64,000 nt of DNA from a virus (Duplodnaviria > Caudoviricetes): positions 64,001-128,000 of the IMG/VR virus record IMGVR_UViG_3300029305_003110; one strand, 5' to 3'. The position numbers and the translations under genes are program-made. The notes beneath the pieces were generated by a model, which had not been told where the DNA came from, made no database searches, and saw only the letters and a list, made by a program, of their open reading frames with translations. Shown piece by piece: positions 29,989 to 39,350 of the stretch; within the stretch, counting starts at the first letter, position 1; each line of letters opens with the position of its first letter.

Positions 29989-31242
29989 TTATTTTTCTTC
30001 ATCTAAATCAAATAAGTCTTTAATTAATGAATTGATGTAAAAAGTATTAACAAATATTATCAGCCTATACGTTGATGATGGGTTTATTTTTTTAGTTATT
30101 AGTTTAAATTCATCAAAATCTAATTCATAATCAATATGTGGTTTAAGAGTTTGATTATCTTTCATAACAGTATATTGCATAAATGTCGACAATGGTATTC
30201 CATGCTCTTTATGATATTCAATACACCGCATCATACTATTGTTAAATAGTTGTTTTATATCCATAATATCCGGATCAGCATGTGCATCTACCATATATAT
30301 TGGTGAAGTATATATGTTCCAACCATCAGCAATACGTTCTTTATATAAGTTATTTATTGTAAATAACGGTATTAATCTATTTGGGTCTCCATCGTGCATA
30401 CCTATAACAAAGTCGTCAATCCATTCGGGATGCTCTGCAAAATAATAGTATAAGCCAGATGCATTAAATTCTGTAGATACAGTAAAAGATATAGTATGTG
30501 TATCTGCGATCATGCCCTTTTTATTTCCTTCATCTATCGCAAGACCTGATATAGTGGTATCAATATTTACAGGATAAAATCTAAAAAATTCATCATTTCC
30601 AGTCGAGTTTTTCATCTTATAGGAGATTGGATACATAGAAACACTATTAACATAGTCTAAAAATGGTTTAATAGAACCATTTTCGTCATACATTTCCATT
30701 CCTATATCTTTTGCCATTAATTCAAACAATTCCCTTGGAATAAAACTCTCCAAACATGTTTTCAAAAAAAATGGCTTCTCTTGTCTTACTCTATTTTTAA
30801 AGAAATGAGCTTGATTAAGTTGTTCCATTTGGGTTTCTGTAACAATAGTAATATCAAAGAACATCTTCAATCTATTTAATAGAAATTTTATTTGATTTCC
30901 TTTAGATTTATCATTTATAAATGGTTGTAAATTAGTAAAGCTTGTATCTATATAGTTATCCATCATTCGAGTTGTCAACAGTGTATTATATAAAAATGTA
31001 TCAGAATCATTCAATTCAACCCTAGGTCGTATGATTAACATAGGTTTAGATTTTCTTAGGAATTCTTTATTGGTATTCTGAAATATATTAAATTGTCTAT
31101 ATGCTATAGTTGAACTAATATGCACTGTTTTAAAATAATTTTCAGGAAATAATCCTTTTATATATTCAGTTATAAAACAGGTAATATTTCCATATGTATG
31201 TGCTAATGATGTTTGAGCCATACAATAACCCATTACAATCAC
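29989..31242 (-). CDS. Hypothetical protein, probably structural
   Basis: 417-aa ORF with a late-type promoter at 31256-31267 (-). Confidence 0.6.
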   Translation of the reverse strand: MIVMGYCMAQTSLAHTYGNITCFITEYIKGLFPENYFKTVHISSTIAYRQFNIFQNTNKEFLRKSKPMLIIRPRVELNDSDTFLYNTLLTTRMMDNYIDTSFTNLQPFINDKSKGNQIKFLLNRLKMFFDITIVTETQMEQLNQAHFFKNRVRQEKPFFLKTCLESFIPRELFELMAKDIGMEMYDENGSIKPFLDYVNSVSMYPISYKMKNSTGNDEFFRFYPVNIDTTISGLAIDEGNKKGMIADTHTISFTVSTEFNASGLYYYFAEHPEWIDDFVIGMHDGDPNRLIPLFTINNLYKERIADGWNIYTSPIYMVDAHADPDIMDIKQLFNNSMMRCIEYHKEHGIPLSTFMQYTVMKDNQTLKPHIDYELDFDEFKLITKKINPSSTYRLIIFVNTFYINSLIKDLFDLDEEK

Positions 31243-31293
31243 TTCCTCTCATATTTATTTAAATGTTTTTAGATATATTATCAACATAAAATT

Positions 31294-31585
31294 AAAAAAA
31301 AAGATACCTGCTGGTTACAGATATCTTTTTAAAGTTATATTGTTACATCTACGGTAATAATATGTAAAACAATCATTCAAAATCACGGATTTATCATATT
31401 AGATAAATCCGTAAAATATATTTTTAAATATTATATGATGGTATTAACATAATTATAATTATCAACGTTAATTACTCTTTAAGATATATACATTTATAGT
31501 CACCTCCTTATAGAATATAAATATATACCGGTATCTTAAAGAGTAATTTATTTGCGGAATCTAGAAATTAATCTAGATTCCGCAT
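31294..31585 (+). ncRNA. Candidate structured non-coding RNA
   Basis: AACA-N6-TA at 31283-31294, several hairpins, no ORF of note, ends at hairpin 31553-31584. Confidence 0.4.
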
Positions 31586-31593
31586 TATATTTT

Positions 31594-32655
31594 TTATTTA
31601 CCTATATAACGTAACATATTTCTTATCATTGTTGCAACTTCTGCACGTGAAATTAATCTTTCTCCGTCAAAAGTACCGTCTTCATATCCATTGATAACTC
31701 CCATATTGTATAAGTCGTTAACATGATAATATGCCCAATGGTCTTTAGCAACATCTAGCATTGTCTTATTATGAGCAATACTCGGTTTACCGATAAGATA
31801 ATTCATTGCATTACGAACTATTACGGCAACTTCAAATCTGGTAATTTTTCTGTCTGGTGAGAATTTGCGAACACCTGTTCCATTAACAATTCCCATATTA
31901 TATGCAGCAGTAACATGTGTGTATGCCCAATTAGATTGAGCGATATCACTAAATACTTTATCTGTATATGTGTAATTGTATTTAGTACCACAATATTTTA
32001 AAGCTTTCATACTCATTACAACAGTTTCTGCACGAGTAACATTTTTTTCAGGTACAAATGTTCCATTAGGATATCCATTGATAATGCCTTTAATTCTTAA
32101 ATCCATAACAGATTCAAAAGCCCAATGTGTTGATGGTAGATCGGTAAATTTTGCAATAAGATGCATTTTAACCATATTTAAAAATCTTTCCCAACCCATA
32201 TCTAATGTTCTATGTGGGCAGTATTTTCCAGAATACGATTGGTGTGTTGTGATCTTTTCGATTCCCCAACCATATTTAGTCAATAAGTGTGCACAAAATT
32301 CTGCAGCATTCTTTTCAGCTTTTTCAAAACGTTCTCCACCAGATTTAGAATAGCAGATTTCTATACCAATGCCTTCTCTGTTTCCTTTTCCAGAACCACC
32401 ATCACCAGCATGATAAGCATTTCTGTTTTCTTCAATACCCTGAACGATTTCTTTGTCATCTACTGCATAATGGAATGATGTTTTTGCAGCATTTCTTATC
32501 ATGTACTTAACTTCATTTTCAGCAGATGCGTCATTTGCCGTATTATGCACAACGATGCGGGATGGAACCATGGGATACGGACATTTGTTCTTATAGTTGC
32601 TTGGATCAACCATAATTCTTTTAATTGGTACCATTATAGTCACCTTTCCTTTCAA
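31594..32655 (-). CDS. N-acetylmuramoyl-L-alanine amidase (Amidase_2) with three SLH domains; endolysin
   Basis: VVHNT, SFHYAVDD, AYHAGD, GIEIC, THQ...KYCP. SLH repeats FTD...HWA...GIING...F.P...TRAE. Confidence 0.92.
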   Translation of the reverse strand: MKGKVTIMVPIKRIMVDPSNYKNKCPYPMVPSRIVVHNTANDASAENEVKYMIRNAAKTSFHYAVDDKEIVQGIEENRNAYHAGDGGSGKGNREGIGIEICYSKSGGERFEKAEKNAAEFCAHLLTKYGWGIEKITTHQSYSGKYCPHRTLDMGWERFLNMVKMHLIAKFTDLPSTHWAFESVMDLRIKGIINGYPNGTFVPEKNVTRAETVVMSMKALKYCGTKYNYTYTDKVFSDIAQSNWAYTHVTAAYNMGIVNGTGVRKFSPDRKITRFEVAVIVRNAMNYLIGKPSIAHNKTMLDVAKDHWAYYHVNDLYNMGVINGYEDGTFDGERLISRAEVATMIRNMLRYIGK

Positions 32656-32766
32656 ATTAAAAATATATTAATAATTTGTACATCAGATAATAAAATAAAA
32701 AAATACTAAGCAAATTTTGTGGTGTCGGGGAGATATATTTTTCAATATCTCCTCGACATAATATTA

Positions 32767-33147
32767 TTATTCAATAGCATACTCAATAATGTCATATCCG
32801 GCATTACGTAACCAATCTGCAACAAGATGTCTATGACAAACTTCATCATTATCCTCATGGCAAACTAATACAATGTCAATATCTCTAAATGCGGTTTGTT
32901 GACATTTTAATTGTAAATCAAAAGCGACATCATCAGGATCTCGTACCATAAGAGTTTCATATATATAATCTTTTGTAAATTTTTCAATATCTCTCGTTTG
33001 ATGATATTCGTTCAACACCTTTAAGCTCGGAGCAAGACCTTTATATTCAAATCCTTCCCAATTTGCCGGAGAATTTCTTGCTATAGAAATTGGTACTATA
33101 TTTTTTGGAAGTTTTTCTAAATTTTTAAAACTTGTTGTATAAAACAT
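32767..33147 (-). CDS. DUF488-like protein
   Basis: ISIAR.SP, LAPS, VLVCHE...CHRHLVADWL. Confidence 0.75.
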   Translation of the reverse strand: MFYTTSFKNLEKLPKNIVPISIARNSPANWEGFEYKGLAPSLKVLNEYHQTRDIEKFTKDYIYETLMVRDPDDVAFDLQLKCQQTAFRDIDIVLVCHEDNDEVCHRHLVADWLRNAGYDIIEYAIE

Positions 33148-33148
33148 A

Positions 33149-33439
33149 TTATTCTTCTCCTTCGTATATCATTAAACTACCATCAGGGTTGTATAATGGA
33201 GTCATAACTCCCCTATTATAGTCTCCTTTAGATACAGAATACATTACCTTTGTCTTAAGATTATATACAACTCCTATTTCGTCTGTTTTAGATAAATATT
33301 TAAATGATGCTTCGGGTCTCCCATCAACATAAGCGAGATACCCTCTGTCATATTCTTGATTGGAGGGTCCACTAGAATCTCCACAACCTACCAGTAATAA
33401 TAATGATAATATTAGTAATATAGATAATAATTTTTTCAT
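33149..33439 (-). CDS. Lipoprotein (DUF6440-like)
   Basis: Signal peptide with lipobox LVGC, and TKVMY...GVMTPLYNPDGSLMIY. Confidence 0.7.
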   Translation of the reverse strand: MKKLLSILLILSLLLLVGCGDSSGPSNQEYDRGYLAYVDGRPEASFKYLSKTDEIGVVYNLKTKVMYSVSKGDYNRGVMTPLYNPDGSLMIYEGEE

Positions 33440-33442
33440 GCG

Positions 33443-34390
33443 TTATCTTCCTTCCCTACGTTTATCATATATGTGTTTTAAACAAGCACCATAATCATTA
33501 ATTCTTTTCTGAATATCTTCTTGCAAATTAGTCTGCATATTATCAAACAATGCTGTTTGGGCACCTATTTGTGACATATTTTGTGCAGATGCTCCGTAAT
33601 TCACTACATCCTGATGGGCATACGCAGAATTACCATTTACACCATTTAGTATAGAATTTTCGATAGTATTGTTTATGGTATTTATATGAGAATCGCCAAA
33701 ATCAAATATAGCACCAAGTAACGTCATAATAGCAGAATGTATGCCAACTTTACTTTGTAGATTACCATTACTATCAACACATTTTATTCTAGTCCATCCT
33801 AAATAATCTGATATTCTTAAGGATGTTTCATATGTGCGTTTTAGATATTCTGTGTCGTCTTCATGTATATCTGTTTTCATTCCAGATGACGCTAGACCTC
33901 CAGTTTCTTCTAAACGTTTCTGTTTCAATTCTTGAGCTTTTTCTGGAGGCATATCTAATAATATAACCTCAGTTTCTCTTGGTATTTTTAATATATTGGT
34001 CTCAAAGTCGTATAACCAATCAATAAATTCTTTTTGTTCTTTCCAAGAATTGTATTTAGATGCCTGATGTATAACATTAGATGATATATATCTTGAAAAT
34101 AATATATTGGCATTGTTATCTTCCCTATATGATTTGCCCCACTCTTTTGAATGGAATGATTCATATCTATCCATTGCAAAGAACACAGAAGCAGTCTTTG
34201 GGTCAATATCCATAGCATGTTTACCATACGCACCTTTTAAATATTCTCTAACAAAAAAGCATCCAGGACTATCATAGTTTGGAAAACTATCAGTCTTAAT
34301 ACCATAAGGTTGTAATGCTTTTAATGCCATTTCATATTGTGTAGTTTTACCACTACAATCAGTTCCTTCAATAACTACTATTTTGCTCAT
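33443..34390 (-). CDS. tmk: Thymidylate (dTMP) kinase with C-terminal extension
   Basis: IEGTDCSGKTTQ P-loop, SFPNY, FAMDR, SRY..SN..HQ, DIHE. Confidence 0.9.
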   Translation of the reverse strand: MSKIVVIEGTDCSGKTTQYEMALKALQPYGIKTDSFPNYDSPGCFFVREYLKGAYGKHAMDIDPKTASVFFAMDRYESFHSKEWGKSYREDNNANILFSRYISSNVIHQASKYNSWKEQKEFIDWLYDFETNILKIPRETEVILLDMPPEKAQELKQKRLEETGGLASSGMKTDIHEDDTEYLKRTYETSLRISDYLGWTRIKCVDSNGNLQSKVGIHSAIMTLLGAIFDFGDSHINTINNTIENSILNGVNGNSAYAHQDVVNYGASAQNMSQIGAQTALFDNMQTNLQEDIQKRINDYGACLKHIYDKRREGR

Positions 34391-34413
34391 GTGATTCCCT
34401 CCTTATTTGCAAA

Positions 34414-34695
34414 TTAACCAAATATTAGTATTTGATCATTATTTTGTTTACTGATAATACCTGTCAACCATCCGAAACTATCACCATCGCCACGTCTAAC
34501 ATTATACCCATATTCTTTAAGCTTGTTAATATTATCCCAATTTGGGTTACCATTATCAGTAATGAGACGCTCACATGCAAGAGCTATAACCGCTTCAGCT
34601 TCATCAGTGTATTCTATAGAATCGTCATCAATATTCCTAGATACTATAAAATTTGTATTAAATAATTCATCAAGCATTGTAATAAAAAGATCCAT
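34414..34695 (-). CDS. Hypothetical phage protein
   Basis: RBS favours start MDLFITM at 34695. C-terminal GDGDSFGWLTG.I motif. Confidence 0.65.
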   Translation of the reverse strand: MDLFITMLDELFNTNFIVSRNIDDDSIEYTDEAEAVIALACERLITDNGNPNWDNINKLKEYGYNVRRGDGDSFGWLTGIISKQNNDQILIFG

Positions 34696-34714
34696 TTTTA
34701 TTCTCCTTTTTTTA

Positions 34715-34837
34715 TTATTTTTTATTTTTTCTTTTGGGAAAATAATATTCTCGTATTCCATCAAAGCAATATATTATCCAATATATTCCAAGAATTATAA
34801 GACAAACTAGAATTATTATATATATAAGTCTTTCCAT
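34715..34837 (-). CDS. 40-aa single-TM peptide (not in ORF track)
   Basis: AGGAG RBS; MERLIYIIILVCLIILGIYWIIYCFDGIREYYFPKRKNKK. Confidence 0.6.
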   Translation of the reverse strand: MERLIYIIILVCLIILGIYWIIYCFDGIREYYFPKRKNKK

Positions 34838-34852
34838 TTTTTATTCTCCTGT

Positions 34853-35002
34853 TTATTTGTTATCATTTTCATTTGTGTATCTAATATAATCATGGAATGA
34901 TTTTAATGATGACTTTATACAACCATTAAATAACCATTGCCATAATACACCAATAACGATAAGTGCTACCAGTACTACTATGAGTATTAAAAATATTTCC
35001 AT
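34853..35002 (-). CDS. 49-aa single-TM peptide (not in ORF track)
   Basis: AAGGAG RBS; MEIFLILIVVLVALIVIGVLWQWLFNG...DNK. Confidence 0.6.
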   Translation of the reverse strand: MEIFLILIVVLVALIVIGVLWQWLFNGCIKSSLKSFHDYIRYTNENDNK

Positions 35003-35006
35003 AAGT

Positions 35007-35273
35007 TTACTCCTTGTCAATATCAAATTCTGGGAATCTTCTCCAATGGGTTATACCTTCTTCACCGGGTATTGGTGTATACTGCCACACATCATTTGTC
35101 CAATGTATACCATCACTAAATTTTCTGCGACATGCCCAAAATACGGTTTTACTAGAACCTCTTGCAACTATAACCGTCTCATTAAGTGGTGGATATAAAT
35201 TTGTTTTCTTAATATCCACCCAGTTATTAGTATCAATATAATTGTCCATAATAAATTCTCCTTTCAAAACCAT
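35007..35273 (-). CDS. DUF551-like protein
   Basis: NWVDIK...PPLNETVIV...ITHWRRFPE pattern. Confidence 0.6.
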   Translation of the reverse strand: MVLKGEFIMDNYIDTNNWVDIKKTNLYPPLNETVIVARGSSKTVFWACRRKFSDGIHWTNDVWQYTPIPGEEGITHWRRFPEFDIDKE

Positions 35274-35542
35274 TATTCGCCAAAATTAGTGACATACTGC
35301 TTATGTTCATATACTTTAACATCTTTAGCATTGGCTTTTATTTTCATATGAGATTTAATCCGATAGATATCTATGCCTTGTTTTCCGATAAGTATACCTG
35401 GTCGGTTTGTTGTAAGTTCGACAACTCCTCGTCGTGTTATGTTATACGTTATAAACATCGAACATGACGGATTTACTGTTTTTATAAACTGGTATAAAAT
35501 ATCGCGAACTTTGTATTTATCAACAACTCTTTTTTTAAACAT
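35273..35542 (-). CDS. Stand-alone type II KH domain resembling ribosomal protein S3 N-terminus
   Basis: VELTTNRPGILIGKQGIDIYRIK compared with the uS3 consensus IHTARPG.VIGKKG..IE.LR. Confidence 0.65.
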   Translation of the reverse strand: MFKKRVVDKYKVRDILYQFIKTVNPSCSMFITYNITRRGVVELTTNRPGILIGKQGIDIYRIKSHMKIKANAKDVKVYEHKQYVTNFGE

Positions 35543-35561
35543 ACATTAATCCCCTCATAAT

Positions 35562-36119
35562 TTAAAAATCAACATCTTTAACTATTTCGAGTAAAGCTTC
35601 TAATTTATTTCTAGTATTTGGTGCTAAAATAATTTTATCTTTTCTTTCTCCATAATAATCGTTTGGATTATTATGGAATTTATATGACATAGCAACCCAA
35701 TCACAGAATAATTCTACAAGATAACCATCGTCCATTTCTATTGCTTCAATAGAACCATCATCGTTTATATTTACCCAATACTGCCAATGATGTGGGTTAT
35801 TAGCAATGTGATGCAACCATGCTTTATCATATGATAATTTATCCTTTTCTTCATTCTCCATTGGATAGAACCACTGTCGGTATGGCTCAAACTCATATGG
35901 ACTATACTTAGATTTATCGTGTTCAAGTATATTGACATTAATAATATCAATATAGTCATGACTTATTGTGAGGGTATCTACTATTTCTTCACAATATTTT
36001 TTCCAAGCGATTCTCACATTATCTCTATGCTCAACAATATACTTATCATACTCTCTAACTTTAATTTCGTTCTCAGAGAGAATTTTCGGTCTATTATTTG
36101 TAAATATGCTCATCAACAT
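35562..36119 (-). CDS. HD-like protein (DUF5662-like)
   Basis: EH..NV, HDKSKYSPYEF, AWLHHIANNPHHWQYW, ELFCDW. Confidence 0.7.
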   Translation of the reverse strand: MLMSIFTNNRPKILSENEIKVREYDKYIVEHRDNVRIAWKKYCEEIVDTLTISHDYIDIINVNILEHDKSKYSPYEFEPYRQWFYPMENEEKDKLSYDKAWLHHIANNPHHWQYWVNINDDGSIEAIEMDDGYLVELFCDWVAMSYKFHNNPNDYYGERKDKIILAPNTRNKLEALLEIVKDVDF

Positions 36120-36748
36120 TCCTCCATTCCTGGGGAGTTTAAATAAATTCTCCCCATTCTTATTCCTTTTCCAATATCCATTAGTTTACTATTAGCATTT
36201 TCAACACAAAGTAACCAATCTACCAACTGTTTCAAACAGTCATCACAAAGCTTTATATCATCTCCAACAATCTTATCTGCCTTTAATAACGATATGCCTT
36301 CAGTAATTTTCATGCCTCGATGGTCAAGATCACATACAAAATCATTATTTATATATTTTTTCTTACATCTATAACATGTCTCAATTGTCAAAGAATCCTT
36401 ACTTTTTGAATAGTTATTTATAGCTTTAAGTACAACCTCAGCCTCATATGGCTCACCGTTGATAAATATAACATCTTTTGGATTATTTGTGTCTACACTG
36501 GTTGTATCATCATCATTAAGACACGGTTTGTGTTTGTCATCTTCGACATCTTTATAAACAATATCCGGCGATATGTATATTAAATTTACAACCTTTCCAC
36601 ACTTTTCACATTTATGTGGATATTGTGGTGGCGATGTTGTTAGTATTGTAGATAAATGATTTTCATCCGCATTTCTCACAAGTTTACCACCACATTCGCA
36701 TAATGCATATCTTTTAAATGCAGTTACTTTTTCATTCTTAAATTCCAT
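36113..36748 (-). CDS. Cys-rich zinc-finger hypothetical protein
   Basis: CECGG..HKCEKCG and CYRC..LCDDC. RBS favours the MEFKNEK start. Confidence 0.55.
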   Translation of the reverse strand: MEFKNEKVTAFKRYALCECGGKLVRNADENHLSTILTTSPPQYPHKCEKCGKVVNLIYISPDIVYKDVEDDKHKPCLNDDDTTSVDTNNPKDVIFINGEPYEAEVVLKAINNYSKSKDSLTIETCYRCKKKYINNDFVCDLDHRGMKITEGISLLKADKIVGDDIKLCDDCLKQLVDWLLCVENANSKLMDIGKGIRMGRIYLNSPGMEEC

Positions 36749-36768
36749 AATAAAACCCCTCCTAAAAA

Positions 36769-37002
36769 TTAAATAAAAAATCTTAACCACAATATTGATA
36801 TTGCGGTTGAATATATTATACATATCAAAATATAAAAAATCATTTTCCAGTATATACGCAATTTAAAGCTTTGAAATGCTCCGCAGATAGATGCAACTAT
36901 TATAAGAAAACAGCATGCGACTTCAATACCCACATAGTTTATATTCAACATAAAAAATTTATATACTCCTTTCCAATATAAAATGTGCGGTTTACTAATC
37001 AA
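36769..37002 (-). CDS. Small membrane protein
   Basis: Two hydrophobic segments, in the operon direction. Start uncertain. Confidence 0.4.
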   Translation of the reverse strand: MISKPHILYWKGVYKFFMLNINYVGIEVACCFLIIVASICGAFQSFKLRIYWKMIFYILICIIYSTAISILWLRFFI

Positions 37003-37498
37003 TAATAATTTTACCTTTATTAATAGGACACTGTTCGCAATTTCTGCAAGGTCCTCTGTACGAATAATATGATGAAAATAGTAATGCTCGTTCCTGCATT
37101 GTTAGTTTCTTAAGTTCCTCGCAAATTAATCGAACAAGCCCAACTTCTTCTTTATCTTTGTTTTCTTCTAAATCACATAATCCAGCAACAAACTCTATTG
37201 TTTTGTCATCAAAATTATTATCATCAACTAGCACATGTGCTATTCCACCACATATACAATCTTCAAGATCATATAAACATTCAATAAGTTTAGCTATAGT
37301 AAGTAATCTTTTACTAAAATATTTACAATCCTGATTTATATCTTGTAAATTACGATTATATGGTCCTTGTAATTCCATTATATCAATACAATCTAAATCT
37401 CTTCGTTTTTCTCTTTCTTCATGTGCTAAATTCATATTAGTATATATTCCGGTCACAGGAGTTCTTGGTGAATTTTCGTATGTTATATATACATTCAT
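36995..37498 (-). CDS. Hypothetical protein
   Basis: GGIAHVLVDDNN motif; overlaps both neighbours. Confidence 0.6.
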   Translation of the reverse strand: MNVYITYENSPRTPVTGIYTNMNLAHEEREKRRDLDCIDIMELQGPYNRNLQDINQDCKYFSKRLLTIAKLIECLYDLEDCICGGIAHVLVDDNNFDDKTIEFVAGLCDLEENKDKEEVGLVRLICEELKKLTMQERALLFSSYYSYRGPCRNCEQCPINKGKIIID

Positions 37499-37698
37499 AT
37501 AAATCTACCCTCCATACAACAGCCTATCATTATTATACTTATAATATTTAAAATGCCGATTATGACATAAAGAATACTATATCCAATATCATCTCTTTTC
37601 ACACTAACAGAACATGATACTATAGATATTAAGCAAGCAATCCCACAAACTATTATAGTATAAGTAAGTCCGCTCATCATATCTTTTATCATCATCAA
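37495..37698 (-). CDS. Small two-TM membrane protein
   Basis: GGAGGGG RBS and two hydrophobic helices. Confidence 0.55.
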   Translation of the reverse strand: MMMIKDMMSGLTYTIIVCGIACLISIVSCSVSVKRDDIGYSILYVIIGILNIISIIMIGCCMEGRFI

Positions 37699-37772
37699 AT
37701 CCCCTCCAATATCTTTAAATTTTATATACTGATAATGAGACTATCGCATCTCATTATCAGTATAATTTTATT

Positions 37773-39206
37773 TTAAATATTATTAAATTCATAAAGACCA
37801 ATTAACTGGTCTTTGTATAGATTAAAATCGTTATTAAACAATCCGTCATTTCTGCTTATATACATATTGAATTTTGGATTGAATACTTTATTATATGCCT
37901 TTTCCAATTTCTTTATTTTTAATGATACTATATTCAAAATATCACCGTCAAAGTCAGCATTCAATACAGGCAAAATTTGTAATGGTAAGCTCATTGTGTA
38001 ATCTTCGGAGTATTCATTTTTAACACTCTTCACTTTAACACACAATAAAGACCCATAGTTAATTGTGGGGTTACGATTGATTAATATTTTTGGTTTTCTT
38101 TTCTTTAAGATATAATTCATAACCTCATATATTTTTGGGCTATATTTTATTCGTGCTTTGAACCACTGCTCATATGCATCGTTTTCTGTAATATTTGCCA
38201 TCTTTACAAGACATGCTATTATTTCATATTTAAACAATTCAAGGAAACACATATAACTCAATCTTACTTCATCAGATTTTAATGTGGCATCTGGTATGAT
38301 TACACATCTTGATGAAAAATTAATCATACCTCCAAGTATTTCGCTTTTAATATGCCCATCCTTCTGATCTATCTGCTCAAATATTAGCGACCACAATTCC
38401 ATTAATTTTTCCTGAATAGATGACAATATTTTTGATGTATCCATTCTTTCTCTTTTTTCTTTTGTCCATTTCTTTCGTCTTGCTTCAAATAATTCAGAAT
38501 CATTTAATAATCTAGTAGATGAAAATATCGAATTATATTTTTTATCTATAGCAGAATAAAAGAAACTTTCACCTTTAAAACTTATTGGTCTAAGAACTGA
38601 TGAATACACTGGTATACATGATGCAAATAGTTTATGTTTTTCTTTCATAATATCATCAATTTCTTCTCGTTTATTCTTTTTCTTATTTTTATAAAAATCC
38701 ATAATTTCGTCAAATCTATCACGGAATTCGATAATCCCAATACCTTTAAATGGATTATTCTTATCATCTTGCTTCTCTTCGAGATGCCCATCTTTATTTA
38801 CCTTTTTATCAAATCGAACTATATCGGCAAATTGTTTATTGCCTATTATAGAGCTTAATTTATTATAGAAAATTGGCTGTATGATCTTATGATTATGAAG
38901 AATAATCCAACCTGTAATAGACAAATCAACATCTTTAAATTTAATTTCTGTATGACAATTCGGACATGTTTCTCCCTCGAATACTTTTCCTCTCATCTCT
39001 CCACATTCACAAGTATATCTTTCTGCAAATGCATCTTCATCAGACCAGTCGGAGCAAAATAATGGAGACTGAATTCCATACATAGATTTTTGGTCTTTTC
39101 CTTTTACAGCAGGCTCAGTAATTTCAAATCCTCGCCCTGTAATAAAATCCATTTCACATTCTTTATCCCAATTTAGAGTTACTAATCTAGCTCCATTGTT
39201 ATTCAT
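37773..39206 (-). CDS. rpoC: RNA polymerase beta' subunit, N-terminal part with catalytic motif (probably non-virion RNAP)
   Basis: Zn finger CECG..CPNC, GG.INFSSRCVI, INRNPTI, LNADFDGD. Preceded by the early-type motif. Confidence 0.92.
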   Translation of the reverse strand: MNNNGARLVTLNWDKECEMDFITGRGFEITEPAVKGKDQKSMYGIQSPLFCSDWSDEDAFAERYTCECGEMRGKVFEGETCPNCHTEIKFKDVDLSITGWIILHNHKIIQPIFYNKLSSIIGNKQFADIVRFDKKVNKDGHLEEKQDDKNNPFKGIGIIEFRDRFDEIMDFYKNKKKNKREEIDDIMKEKHKLFASCIPVYSSVLRPISFKGESFFYSAIDKKYNSIFSSTRLLNDSELFEARRKKWTKEKRERMDTSKILSSIQEKLMELWSLIFEQIDQKDGHIKSEILGGMINFSSRCVIIPDATLKSDEVRLSYMCFLELFKYEIIACLVKMANITENDAYEQWFKARIKYSPKIYEVMNYILKKRKPKILINRNPTINYGSLLCVKVKSVKNEYSEDYTMSLPLQILPVLNADFDGDILNIVSLKIKKLEKAYNKVFNPKFNMYISRNDGLFNNDFNLYKDQLIGLYEFNNI

Positions 39207-39350
39207 TTCTATTCCCTCCTAAAAAATATTCATTTTTAATCCTCAAATTATTGTTAACTGATAAATACGTTATCATATTTATCGGATTTATAATATATAA
39301 AAGAAAAAATAGATGAGATATGGATTAAAAAAATCCATATCTCATAATAA

